Below, one piece after another: positions 46,452 through 59,119 of a stretch of 64,000 nucleotides of DNA. Made by a program: the position numbers and the translations under genes. Source of the DNA: Rhynchopus sp. YZ270_cl-10 (lineage: Eukaryota). The notes beneath the pieces were generated by a model, which ran no database searches, was not told the DNA's origin, and saw nothing but the letters and a program-made list of their open reading frames with translations. The stretch lies in contig OZ037838.1 in assembly GCA_964035575.1 (NCBI GenBank), positions 1,550,001 through 1,614,000 of the forward strand, read 5' to 3'. Each line of letters opens with the position of its first letter. Within the stretch, counting starts at the first letter, position 1.

Positions 46452-47018
46452 AGAGAATTCATCTTTTTTCTTTTTCAGTGTCCTGCGTCCTCTGATGAAC
46501 GGTGAGACGTTTGCACTTTTCAACTTCTCTTTTTTTTTTTTCCAGGTGACGAATCGCTCAGGTTCATCTCATACCTTTTTTTTTAAAAAATTGGGAGTAG
46601 TGAAGGTTCTGTTTGTGCGTACCACATGAGTGCAATTATCTACTTTCCCTCACAATTTTATTTTTCAAATCCTTTTGGGGGGAAAAAAGGCAAACAAACC
46701 AACAACGGGACAGAGTGTTTAAACATTCTTTTTTTTTTTTGTGTGGGTGATTATTTCCCCCTCCCTTTTCCTCCCTCTTTATTTTCTATTTTTCTCCCCT
46801 CCTCCTCTCTCTCTCTCTCTGTTTTTGTCCCCAGACTGCCCCCCTGTTTTGGATACGGAGTGCCTTTTGTTTTAAATAAAAAGTAATTTATTGCTTTTAT
46901 CTATTCAAAAAAAAATATTTAATAGCCGTAAAATTATTTCCTCAAGCCAAAATCCTTCTAGGAGCGGAGTTTTAAGAATGCCATAATTGACGTCTGGAAA
47001 TAATTGCAGTGGAGGTAT

Positions 47019-47111
47019 TTTAGCCGGGTTTCCCACACAAAAAATAATTACCGTGTAATTATAGGAAATAATTACACGGTAATTATTTTTTGTGTGGGAA
47101 ACCCGGCTAAA
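47019..47111. repeat. Near-perfect ~93-bp palindrome
   Basis: TTTAGCCGGGTTTCCCACACAAAAAATAATTACCGTGTAATTAT and its reverse complement, with a ~5-nt loop. Confidence 0.9.
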
Positions 47112-47158
47112 AAAAAAATCGCGATTTTTTTTCTTTTTTTCTTTTGTGAACACCCCGG

Positions 47159-47595
47159 GTTTGATACCTGTACCGCAGGCATTCCTCTGAGTCTAACGAT
47201 TGATAATCAGAGCTCGGTTTGTTGTCAAAGACATCTTCCACCATGCATTGAGGAGGGTAAGACAGTGGTCGCAGTTTGTACTTGATAGCATTACAACATT
47301 TAACTTCTCCACGGGGGTCTTGGGCCGTTCACTCGGTTATACCTTGACCAGCGGAAGAGGCCTTTTTGGTCTCTAGAATATCCGGTATTCCCGAACGGAG
47401 GCACACTTTGTGTGTTACTACGACCTGGCAACTTCCAGCAGTAGGTTAAGTAATGCTTTCTTGTAAATTGTTGGATCATTTATCTCCTCAGTGCATGAAT
47501 GCCCCACGTGACTGGACACTTTTGTGTTTGTCAAGTGGACTGTCTGGTCACTTCTCAGTGACTGGCGGGTTGGCTGTGGTTGCCCTGTCACGACT
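47159..47595 (+). repeat. ~440-bp repeat; inverted copy at 59835-60349
   Basis: Shared TCTCTAGAATATCCGGTATTCCCGAACGGAGGCACACTTTGTGTGTTACTACGACCTGGCAA and flanking blocks. Confidence 0.9.
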
Positions 47596-47769
47596 TACCT
47601 GTGTACCTGTGTACCTGTGTACCTGTGTACCTGTGTACCTGTGTACCTGTGTACCTGTGTACCTGTGTACCTGTGTACCTGTGTACCTGTGTACCTGTGT
47701 ACCTGTGTACCTGTGTACCTGTGTACCTGTGTACCTGTGTACCTGTGTACCTGTGTACCTGTGTACCTG
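47596..47769. repeat. (TACCTGTG) ~21-copy microsatellite
   Basis: Read directly from the sequence. Confidence 0.97.
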
Positions 47770-47916
47770 GGTACCTGGGTGACTGGGTACGTACCTGGGT
47801 AAATGTGACCAGGTGACCTGGTCAGACCTCTGACCAGCGCACCGTGACAGCACAGGCTGCCGAAAACGGATTTTGGCTTTCGGAAATAATTTTACGGCAA
47901 TTAAATATCAAATTCC

Positions 47917-48053
47917 ATGCAATTATTTCACAGAAAATTGCACTCGGAGGTGTATTTTTCACTCGTTTTGTTAATTGCACTCGCTGCGCTCGTGCAATTA
48001 ACCACTCGTGAAAAAAACACCTCCTCGTAGCAATTATGGTGAAATAATTGCAT
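47917..48053. repeat. Nested-palindrome element with CTCGCTGCGCTCG apex
   Basis: Three stacked stems: ATGCAATTATTTCAC, GAGGTG...TTCAC and GTTAATTGCAC. Confidence 0.8.
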
Positions 48054-48600
48054 AGTAATTAAATACTATATTTATCAAAAATCCCCCACGCTCTTTGCAG
48101 CGGGGAGACGTCTATTATTCCGTTGGAACGAAACCCCCCGCGTAGAATTTGTCCAGAACAGAACAATAAATGAAAACTGTGGCTGAGACTGTAAAATATA
48201 GTAAAAAAAGTTTGTGTTTTGGTGTGGCTGAAAGGGGGAGGGCGATTCGCACTTCTTGCGTACTTTGTGCATCCCTATTTCAGCCACACACATATTTGTT
48301 TTTGTCACCTCATGAAATGAAGGAGGAAATAGAAACAGAGCATTTTGAAGCGGTTCTAGGGACGCTCACCCCAAACAGGTTGAGGTGTGTGTTGTGCGTT
48401 TCACCACAAACCTCTCCCATGAATTTTATCGTGTGATGAATGTTACGTTTCTATTTTCCAACACACGTCATGACAAAGTACCCTTTGTTGAGTCTGCCGT
48501 CGATCTAGTGAGCGCTCCATTGACCGTACCGTAAAAGGATAATTCGTTTTCTTTCAGTGAACCGAAAAATGATCCGAAAAAATCTGAAATAAATGCACAA

Positions 48601-48748
48601 TAGTCTGTCCGACTGTGCCAGACTCAAGACACCCAGTTTTTTTTTTGACTTTTTTTTGACTTTTCAAGAGTCAAGAAAAGTCAAAAACAAAATAAAAAAG
48701 TCAAGAAAATTCAGGATTTTCAAAAGTCTGGCAGAGCCGGCCAGACTA
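48601..48748. mobile_element. Small TIR element (TAGTCTG...CAGACTA)
   Basis: Imperfect 24-bp TIR; internal TTGACT/AGTCAA motifs; no TSD seen. Confidence 0.6.
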
Positions 48749-49695
48749 CCATGTATGTAAATAAAGTGACACTGTCACGAGAGGGCTTTTGTATATCCGA
48801 GTCAACATTTGTTTTCAATTTCTTTAGAGTGCTTTATTTAGCTGTGGACACAACATAAAATAGGAGTTTGTGTTGTGACAAACCTATCGTGCTTGCTGAC
48901 TCAGTTAGAAAGTTATTTAGGAAAAATTCGTATTTTTCTCTCTCTCTCTCTCCATTAGCTGCTGTTCTGCTTCGCGCCTCAAAATGTATTGACATCAGAA
49001 TATTTGCGTCACCTATCTCTGGATGGAGGGGTGCATGCGTCGCACACGGACCCCCCCTGCTCAGCACCTCAAAACTGTTTGTAGGTGATCTTGGCGAACA
49101 TACAGATTCTGTCTCCCCTCCCTTCTCCCCCTCTTTTTGGTTGGAGTCCACCCCAAAGCACGGTCAAGGTACCAAGGTACACTGTCAGCTTTATACATTT
49201 CAAGTCAACCTTTTTTTTTTGTTAATTTCGAGTGGCAATTTGCAACGATATGCATTCGACACGAGAAAAAAAAATCCGTTTTTTTTTTGGATGGTATTGC
49301 GTGACAGTCACCATCTTTTCCGGTCGGTCAATTTCAATAAAAAGGGCGACTGCATGCAGGCGTAGTGATACCGTTTCTCTCTCCCCTCCCTTTTACTCAA
49401 CCTCAGACACAAAAGAAATCAAACCCCAAGAGTCTAGAAGACAAAAAAAAAAGAAATAAAAGCTACTCTTAAGGGTTGAGGATGATCTGCGTCTATACCT
49501 TCTGTAGTACATAGGCTTCGGCCGTCATTGAGTACAGATCGTTATACCAGTAGGTATAACGTGATTGTCGATACAACAAAAAATATGCAGAGAATATTTC
49601 AAAAACTACTTCGTCGTTTAAACAACATCATGACCCAAAAGGCTCAACAAAAAGACTGAAGCTGGTTTATATCCTTTTTTTTTTCTCTATTGTTA

Positions 49696-50108
49696 CTGGG
49701 GGGGGGGCTAATACAAGAGGTACCTCTTCTATTAGGCGTAAGAATTTACGCCTAAAAAAATTTTTTTTAGCTGGAAGTCTAATACAAGAGGTACCTCTTG
49801 TATTAGCTTTTTTTTTCTGAATTTTTGCTAAAAAATTTTCTGGATTTTTACTCTCGCCAACCAGTAACACGGGAAAATTTTCAACTTTTTGATCGTACCT
49901 GGCCGCAATTGAAAGATTTTGAGCAAACCTTTCATTTGACACCATCGATTTATTTTTTTGTAAAAAAGTGATCAAGTCAAATAAAGGAAAGAATAAAGTA
50001 CCTCTTGTATTAGCCGGTAAAAAATGTGAAAATCCCGATTTCAAAGTACCTCTTGTATTAGGCATACCTCTTGTATTAGCAGTACCTCTTGTATTAGCCC
50101 CCCCCCAG
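49696..50108. mobile_element. Tc1/mariner-like MITE
   Basis: TIR CTG(G)nCTAATACAAGAGGTAC, flanked by TA on both sides; repeated TACCTCTTGTATTAG motif. Confidence 0.85.
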
Positions 50109-50848
50109 TAAGATGTGTATGCACAGTAAGGCATATTCAATCTTTCAACTTTTTTTTTTATTTTTTTCTCTTTTTTTAGTTCCGCCGTTTTCTATTCCAT
50201 CTTTACGCATACCTCAACCCACGCTACTCATTTTCAGACCCTCCATAGGAGTTATGTTACTGCAAGCCCACAATACAAGACGATGTTCTCTTTTGTGGAA
50301 CACCGTTTCTTTGTAAAGTATTCTGCCAATGAAAGAAAGTCTCTTCCCAATCCCCCAGATTCCAGATTTTTTTTATCAAATGTAAACCAGTCACGAGAGG
50401 GCTTTGTATTTCAAACTCTACTTTTTTTCCCCATAACCTTCCCCTTTGTAGGGTTACCAAGGTTATCGAGCCTGCGTCCAACAACGCTGTCAAGAAGATG
50501 CTGGACGAAGCAGCGTACGAAGAGTGTTTTCGCAGAAGAGCAGAATGCTGCTGTAGATTCTACAAAGCCCGGCCAATCCGCATTGACACACCTTAACCAC
50601 CCTCTCTCTCCCCACACACACCCTACCCCACCCCCAACAGGGAGCACATGCAACACACGAAATAGTGGGGATGTGACCGCGCGTTTGAGACGCAGTTTTT
50701 TTTTTAGCTAGATTCAAAAGGGGTGTATTTGTTTCGACTCCTGCCTCTTTTCCCCTGAGACGTTCTGTTGTAACTGCAGTGTATCTTGCGCACTGAAAAG
50801 GAGTAAGGACTGTTCACGCTCAAGCCCTGCCTTCTCCACCTGCTTGAC

Positions 50849-53626
50849 ATGGCAGGGTACTTCGAAGCTGCTGCCGCATGTGATCTGGCTGTGCTAGAAG
50901 CGGCACCTCACGGTATTCTTGATACAGAAAGGTACGTCCTTTTCTTTCTATGCATGTGCACAAGAGTTTACGGATTGTTTCTTTTTTTTAAATTTTGACG
51001 ATATTTCAGAATTTTCTCATTTACTTTTACGAAATCTGCTAAACCCGCTGGTTTTCGAACGAAAATGACCCCTTCTTTGTGTCCAGTGGACGTAATACAA
51101 TTGTTGCCGCGTATTTTGCAGTTGTCACACACGTAGACGTCCACAGATGTACAAACAGTTGCATTGTTGCGTGACAAAATCCTGAACGCTGTTGAAACTG
51201 AGGGGGATGATAGTCGCACCTGTTCCACAACGCCTTCACCGAGGCCTCCATTTCCACGCTCGCATCTCTCCATCCACTGGTATTTTCTTGAGGTTCGCCT
51301 TAAGAGCGGAAGCATCTGCGATGCAGGGAAGAGGAGTTCATCCCTCTCAAAACCCCGTCACCGAGTTTCGTGCACTCGTGCACATCATGCTATTTCGTGA
51401 GCGGTTCAGCCTTTCTCTCTATCGGGTCGTAGCGCATGAGAAGGGGAACTCCTGCCGGATCGATGCCATCATGTTCACCATTCATCATTGTACCTGTGTA
51501 CCTGAAACTCTAAGAATACTCTAACAATCTAATAATGTCACTCGAACAATGACCAAAATTCTAACCGGATCGACAACTAGAAAAAATAATAAAATTCACA
51601 ACACAGAATCATCGACGCTGCAGCGCGGCGTGAGGTTCGCCTACTGCGCTGCAAACCAGCCACATGCGCTGCACTGTCCACACAGCCGAGCACTGTCGAG
51701 AAAGCCTGCCAGACGACCAACCTTCCCCCACGCACATACAAGAAGGCGGGCCCGCTACCAGCCGCCACCACCACCACTACCATCACACCCCCCACCAAAA
51801 CGCTCCACGCACAACAGCCCACCACCTCCGGAAACATCGGCACCCATCTGACACGAGACACGAGGTCCTCTCCCCCAGAAGAGAAGCGAAGCTTCACGGG
51901 AACGCAAGACCTTCTCTTAGCCGAGCTTGCAGAGGAACGCCGGACGCTCTTTTTTGAACGCGAGAACGTCGCGCGCGAGAGAATCTCGCAGGAACAGGAC
52001 CACCGGCACACGACGCTCACACACAGCCACTCAAGACGGCTTGCGTCGATTCAGGGAAGGGGGAACAATGCGAATGCACCTGCCGGGTTGGCACTGTCAC
52101 CACCTGCACGCTCAAACTCCGTGGCTGAGTACACTGACGTATTGACAGAAGTTCTTACGACACATGACACATTCCTTGAACCACATCTACGCAGCAGCAT
52201 CACCAGGTTGTTGTCCGAAGACTATGCACCACGTTCCCCTTTAATCGATCCATTCGAGGTCTCGCCAATGGCAAAGGCAGGGGGCTCTTCACCACATACC
52301 GAAGCGTTAACCCCAACCACCGATGCGGCTCCATTCAATTTCAACAAAAAATCCCGCGCGGGGAGTGTCATTCGCTGCGGCGCGCGGAGGTTCACATTCC
52401 TCAAACAAGCCGAAGAAGAGGAAGAAGACGAGCGCGTTTCCGGATGGAAAACAATGCAGGCCCGTCTAAATGAAATAAAAATGCAGACCCTTCTCCAATC
52501 ATACAGTCAAGGAGAAGGGAACGGCGAGCCTGTTTATCGCGTCGTTCTAACTGGGGGTCCATGCGCAGGAAAGAGCACCGGAATGGTTACCTTAAAGGAA
52601 CGCCTTGAACATAACGGATTTAACGTATTTTGCGTTCCCGAAGCTGCAACGATTTTGATTCAGGGGGGTGGGGACAAAAGCTTTCAGAGCCCTGTTGAGG
52701 ATGCGCTATTTGTCTTTCAGCTTTCGCTCTTGGAGACGCAGCTTGCATTGGAGGATGCGTTCTACGCTTTAGCAAAGTCATGCGGTAAAAAAGCAGTTCT
52801 TCTCTGCGACAGAGGCTCAATGGATGGAAGGGCTTTCTGCAATGAAGACGTATGGGAAAAGATTCTTGCCACCGGAGATTGGTCGAGCAGTGAACTCCGC
52901 GACCAGCGCTACGATTTGGTACTACATCTTGTCACAGCGGCGAATGGTGCAAGAGAATATTATGGTACCGACACAAACACTGCACGCACCGAAACGCCAG
53001 AGCAGGCGACCGAACAGGACAACAAATTGCTCTCATGTTGGGCAGGCTTTCACAAACTGCGGATCATCGATAATTCGACCTCCTTCAAGAAGAAGATGGA
53101 ACGTTGTCTTCAACCGATTCTTGAGTTAGTCGGCATCCAAACCGGCCCTGGAACGCACAAACGGTACAAACTCCTCGACCCTCCAACAAATGAAGAAATC
53201 TCCAAGCATCTTGCCTTCAACGAATCCACCAGCACAATTCATGTCTTGCGTGGCTCAAAGGCGGGCAACACAATAAAGATCATTCACAGAGAAGGCGGGA
53301 AGAGCAACAACTACACCTATCAGTGCAACCGAAAGCAGAATGAAGAGGTCTTCAAGGTAGAACGCCCTCTCTCGCAAAACGTATACCAAAGTCTGCTTGG
53401 TCAGGTTGATCCGAAGGTGCATGTCGTACGCAAAAACGTGGTGTCGTTCGTGTTTGACCATCAATACATAGAGCTCGGTTATTACCAAGAGCCGGCAGCG
53501 TTGGTCGGTTTGGCCACGCTCGATGTGCAGACCACCAGGTATATCAACAAAGAAGTAGATAAATTGCCTAATTTTCCGCCGTTCTTAGCGCAAAGATCTC
53601 TAGAGGATATAACCCATCTCATCTAA
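50849..53626 (+). CDS. Ttd14-like protein: NadR/AAA_28 P-loop domain + CYTH-like domain; spliced (exons 50849-50931 and 51607-53626, further 5' exons possible)
   Basis: Motifs YRVVLTGGPCAGKST, VPEAAT, CDRGSMDG, RYDLVLHLVTAANGA and IIDNSTSF. The frame stays open without a start codon back to an AG at 51606 and joins in phase to the GT donor at 50932. Confidence 0.85.
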
Positions 53627-53831
53627 TGGGTTCAGAGAAGGGGAAAATGGGGTATTTGGTGCGTAAAAAAGTGAGGCTTGTGCGTCAAAGAACCACTCAA
53701 ATGTTCGCGCATGTGCCATGTTTCATGCTTGAACACAATAGCCCCCCTTTTGTGGAAAAGAAAGCCGTACAATAATAAAAAAAACTGATGATGCACGATA
53801 ATTATCCAATAATTGAATTGTGATAAATAAA

Positions 53832-54849
53832 CATGGGGGGTAAAAGATCTTATCACGATCTAAAATTTCGGAAATCTCTCACAACTTCGTTTCTTGATCG
53901 TGAAAAAAAAAACGTCGTGAAAAAAAAAAAAAAAAAAAAATCAGGTGAAAATGACCGTATTTTTGGCTGAAATTTTGACTTGAAAATTTTTTTCCAGAAA
54001 AAGTCAAGCTGAGATTTTCTGTTCGAGATTTTTTGGGCCATTGTATCACCTACCACGCCCGATTTAGGGCAAAGAAATTATTTTTCTTTGGTCGCAAACA
54101 AGCATGTTCCCAGATCACGTGATTTTGACCAAAATTTTGGGGTCCAGATCACGAAAAAAAAAGGGGGTATGGGGTGCGTTTTTGAGCGTTTTTGTCGATC
54201 GCATCGTCCGATTCGGTGCGATTGCAGAAAGTGATGGGGTCATTTTAGAAAAATGGACAAAATTTTAGTGACTTAAATTTTTGCAAAATATGAACCCATA
54301 CTCGTGAACAAGGGTCATTTTCAGGTTTGAAAACCTAACTTCAGATGAAATTGTGGTGTTTTGAGTGGGAACACAGTAGCGCCGCAGGCGCACGGTACCC
54401 AACTTTTGTCTTTTTTCTTTTTCCCTTTTCTCTGCTTTCTTTTGATTGTGCGAGCCGATTGCTCTCCACGGTGGGGTCACATGTGTGTGCAAAAACACTC
54501 CGAAATACTTTTACTATGAAATATGAGATTCTCTGGCTTTAGTAAGGAAAAACGTACCAAGCAAAATCGTCAAAAAATCTACGGTAGTCGGTAGGCGCGT
54601 AGCGCGACCCCCGTGCGCACCCCACTTTTTTTTTTTTGTTTTTCCCGGAAAAGTACCGCAATTGACGGATCGCGATCCGTGCGAACCGTGGTGGTGACTC
54701 ATCCGAAAAAATATTGAGTAGAACTGCTGCAGATCGTGTGCGAGCACTTTTTTTTTTTTTTTTTTTTTTTCCTTTTTTTCACGACGTGACACGATGTGAA
54801 AAAGATGAAAAGATTCCACATCATCTGAAAAGATGTTTCACCCCCCATG
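53832..54849. mobile_element. CATGG-ended TIR element K with 6-bp TSD
   Basis: TIR CATGGGGGGT(A/G)AAA(G/C)ATCTT; TSD AATAAA at 53826-53831 and 54850-54855. Confidence 0.85.
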
Positions 54850-55859
54850 AATAAAGGTGGCTTAAAAAAAAAAAAGTAGAGTGCCGGGTAGTAGGGTTTG
54901 GCATTCATTTTCTTTCCTAAAATTGTTCCAAAAAATAAGTAAGTCTCTCTTTTTCACCCCCGTTTTCCAGCGGGGGCGGTAAAGGGAGAGAGCAGAGGGT
55001 CTTCTTAGTGAGTCTCCTTGTTCTAGTAAGTTTGATATTTTTGTTTTTTTATTTTTTGCTTTTGCTCCCGGTAAGTGCCTGCCGGGAATTTTTTTTAACT
55101 CTCTTTTTTCAAAGTTCTCTTTTTTCATCTTTTCATTACAATGTATTTTGTTATCCGATGTGGCGGTGTCCCGTGAGGGCCCCACTGCCTATTCTCTTTA
55201 CCAGTTTTATTACTCATATTAAGAGATTATTGCAATGCACAATACCACCTCATCTTCGCTGCCTGCATCCGCTTGGTGTCCTGGTGTGGGGGTTTGTGCA
55301 CGGTTCAATGGTTCTCTTTTTTTCCCTCTTTTTTTTTTTGATAAAACAACTTGTTCTCAAGTCTAAAAAGATTGGAGGCAGCGCTGCAGGGCAAACAAAA
55401 CGGATTGAAAAAAGACAAAAGCTTTGCTTGTTTTCTTTGAGTACTCAATTAACCACAACAACCGTACTTCAGGTTAACACAATTTTTTTTTCACCTTTTT
55501 GTTTTCCGGCTTTGAGCGCACAAACAAAAGACCCGACCTTTTTTTCTACATTATTAGCAACAAAAAAAAGATTTGGATGTATCTCGAATTGAACGTCCTT
55601 TTTCTCTTCTTTTGAAAGTATGAAAACTAATTTTTCTTTTTTTCAAAAAGACCAAAAAAAGGGGGGCGAAGAAGGGTCAAGCAACACACACCTACATAGT
55701 TCCCCTCCAAACTCTCTCCCTCCCTCCCATCTTCTATTTTTCCTCTCCCTCTCTTCCCCCTTTTTCTCGATTCAATCAACTCTTTTGCGTTGGTGTTTTG
55801 CTGTTTCGCAACTAATATTATTTTGCACACTATTTGCCACACAATACATAGAGCTTGTG

Positions 55860-56746
55860 GCTTCGGATGAGTTCTCTTTTCGAGCTGTTCCAACAGTTCG
55901 ATGATCTCGCGGTCCTTCGACTCAGTCCCTGCCCGAGGAGAAGTGCGTGGCGTCACTTTTCTGGATCGTGGCTTCCATGACCATCCACACGTCTTGCAAG
56001 TGGGAAGTTCTTGCGACCATCGATCGTCTGAGCCACATGCCACGTTTTCTCAAAGACGGAAACGCAAAGTCGGGCGTGCGACTCAACCCAGCCACGTACA
56101 GCGTTTCTGCGAGTCTGCTTACTGTTCCCTTTGTGGCAGGTGCCACAACAATGCACAATAGTTTGTTTGTCCTTCTTGCACATAGAGCATTTGCATGCCA
56201 TGTTCTTGGCATTCGCCGTTCCGGCGCGTACCCTTTTTATATTCCGGGTTTTCGCGCACCGCTTAATGTCCACGTTCGTCAGAAAAGACGAGAACGCGTC
56301 CATCGTCGGCTTCTGTCTCAGATAGACAAGCGTGACAAGCAGACAAATATGCGTCATACACTCTGAGTGGCAGTTCCACTGTCGCCTCCTCCTTCCTTAA
56401 CGCCTGCATCGCAAACCGCACTTCGAGCATCGTACAGGAATCGGTGGGACCGCCCCTTCCCATGCTCCTCCCACACATTCTCGTACGCCGAGACCCTTCG
56501 GAGCTTCTTCTGCGCATTCTCCTTCAGCTCCTCAATCCGAATGCCTACCTCCTTACTAGGCCTACCCGGTTGGCTCAGGCCTTCGTCCTTCTTATCCCTC
56601 TTCACCACAGCGTCGACTTTCAGTCTCAACTTGTCGCCCTCCTGCTGAGCTGCCAATTCCTCAGAACTAGGGTCCTGACCAGGGAGAGAGAGCAAGGTGT
56701 GGGGATCAGGGCCGGAGCGTCTTCTCTCGATATTGATAGCCACCAT
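55860..56746 (-). pseudogene. Possible minus-strand Cys-rich (zinc-binding) gene or retroelement remnant
   Basis: ORFs 56354-56746 and 55953-56357 join in phase across a GT-AG intron at 56359-56313. CxxC motifs CSMC and CGTC, plus CKTC in a shifted frame. Confidence 0.35.
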
Positions 56747-56908
56747 TCGTCCAGCTCACGGAAAATCGTAGCTGTCGCTGTCGTTGTCGCTAGAGAATGT
56801 ACAGGGCAACTGCCGTCCCTGCTGTGCCTACTTAACGAATATTTTAATCATCGAAAACTATCGTTTTTAAACGTTTTACATTCTTTTTCCAGACAAAAAC
56901 ACAAAGAT

Positions 56909-59119
56909 ATGGGGAACCTTACAACGAAGGTAACGACCGTAGAAAATAGCGAGGGGCTGCTGAAGGAACCGCCGGACAGCGGCGCTGTTGATGTGAAGTG
57001 GCTGGAACGGCAGCTCGCGAGGGGGGGCGAGAATGTGTCACTTGCCGCCGTCGATGTGGAGCAGATGACAGCACCGAACGTCGACGGCGTCCTGCGCAAA
57101 GACGGCGGGGGGGTGTCCGGCAGTAGGATCGTACGCCTGAAGCTTACTTACGAGGAGGGGGGCAATCGCCTTCCTGACGGAGCGGACACCCTCGTCATGA
57201 AGTGGACCAGCTTCAAGAAGGTGCCACCACTGCACTTCAACATGCGTGTCGCCCAGGTCGTGCTGTTCAACGTCAACCAAGCAGACCTCTTCCGCACTGA
57301 GTACTACTTCCTCACGCATGTCAAGGACATCCACAAATGGGGTGTGCAGACACCAGTAACGTACGTCACTGCCATACAGAACGCGACAGAGCCTGCAGGG
57401 TGCATGCGTCTCACGCTAGACTCAAGGTATGTTTGAAGTGGAATGGATTTAGGAGGTGAAGCGGGGTGAGAGTGGAGTGAAAGGGTAAGGGGCAGGTTTG
57501 AAATATGTGGTGAAATCCCACAAAGCATATAAAAAAAACGGAGAGTTGAGGACGACCTCCGTCTATATCTTTTAAGTACAATAGCCTTTCGGGCGACATT
57601 GAGTACAGATCCTGCACTATCAGGTGATTGTTGACACAACAAAAACACCAACACAGGTCGGATCTGATCACCTCCTGCGTCATGCAGGACATCGGAAGGT
57701 ACAAAACACCGGGCGCACCCTTCGAGAACATTGGCCTCTCCAAGGTGCGTGGCGCACTCCGCAACGTCGCAAAGCTGCACAGGGCCACCTGGGGCAAGCA
57801 CGGCACCTACACGGTATAAGCGTCCCCACCCTTCACCACCCCTGAAGCTGACCTTTCACGACCCCACCTCACACATTCTCCCCATTTCCCCATATTGCGT
57901 CATATCCACAACACACCACACACCCCCACTCAGCCCGACCTGCACGCAATCTACGGCCGCGAAGGCTTTGCCACAAGCCATACTGGGCTGTACGGTCTGA
58001 AGGGGAGTGGGGTGTTTAAGAAGAAACGTGGTTTTGCGAAGAGCGGAGGTCCACAGGGGTTTTGCAACACTTGGAGCCGCAACGGCGACGAAGGCGACGC
58101 TGGCCTGACCGCGATCCACGAGGTTGCTTCGGACGCCGCCCTGCCACGCGCACTGGAAAACCTTCAGGCAAACTGGGCCGACGTCATGCCACACCTCGGG
58201 AGCATTTCGCCCCTCTGCATGGTCCACGGCGACTTCCACCACTGGAACAATATGTTCGGTACGGACGACGACGACGTGATGCTCATCGACTGGCAGTACT
58301 TCGGTGCCGGACGCCCTATGTACGAGGTCCTCTTCTTCCTCAACTGCGGCGTCGACGTGACCTCCCTTGCCGACGACGAAGCGCTGCTCAAGGTCTACTA
58401 CGATTCGTTGGTGTCCCCTGCACACCCCTTCCCAGTCCCACAGATCAGCTTCGAGGACCTCCTTGCACACTTCCGTCACGCTATCATCGACTGTGCGGTC
58501 GCCCTCTGCATTTCTATGGGTACTCCTACCATGGGAGTCTCATACACACCCAAAGACTACAAGGCAATGGCAAAGGACCCAAAGCAGCGTGACTTTGTAT
58601 GTAATTTTTTGGGGCTTTTTAGGCTTTTTAGGCTTTTTAGGCTTTTTAGGCTTTTTAGGCTGTTTAAATGCAATTTTTCAAACTATGAAAAGGTGACTGA
58701 AAACAACGTTTTTGTAACCTTTGTTACATCTAACCGAAATGGAAAACGACGGATGGTGCGTGCCCGCTTTAGCGTATTGTTTTTCCACTAACATCACTCA
58801 CATTCATCAGTGAAAAACACAAAACCTTTTGCGGTGCGATAAACGAAAAAGTGTTTTCTTTATTTCAATTAACTGTCATATCCTGAAGTCGTTTTCTATT
58901 TTTGTGTGTGCTTTCACTCCAATAGCACAATAATAGCTATCACATAACAATTCTTTTTTGTTTCAGGTTCTGAGTGGGATGTTTCTGGCAAGGCGTGCGT
59001 TCAAACGGCTCATGGCATTGCACACGCATATTGGTGACTTTTCGAACCTGCATCAGTCGCGCACAGCGGCGCATGGCTGCGAGGCACCGAACGTCAGCGC
59101 GCCCACAGCAATGTCATAA
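56909..59119 (+). CDS. APH/choline-kinase-like (EcKL-type) phosphotransferase, 4 exons (56909-57426, 57657-57813, 57934-58596, 58967-59119; ~496 aa)
   Basis: HGDFHHWN and IDWQ motifs, plus AKLH. All three GT-AG introns keep the frame. The N-terminus begins MGN. Confidence 0.88.
58613..58660. repeat. (GGCTTTTTA) ~5-copy intronic tandem repeat
   Basis: Read directly from the sequence. Confidence 0.9.

Noticed and set aside
47453..47853. CVPVYLCT repeat ORFs
   Set aside because: Translations of an 8-mer microsatellite.
50968..51480. Antisense Cys-containing ORF in the Ttd14 intron
   Set aside because: Short, with no recognisable family; cannot be distinguished from decayed TE sequence.
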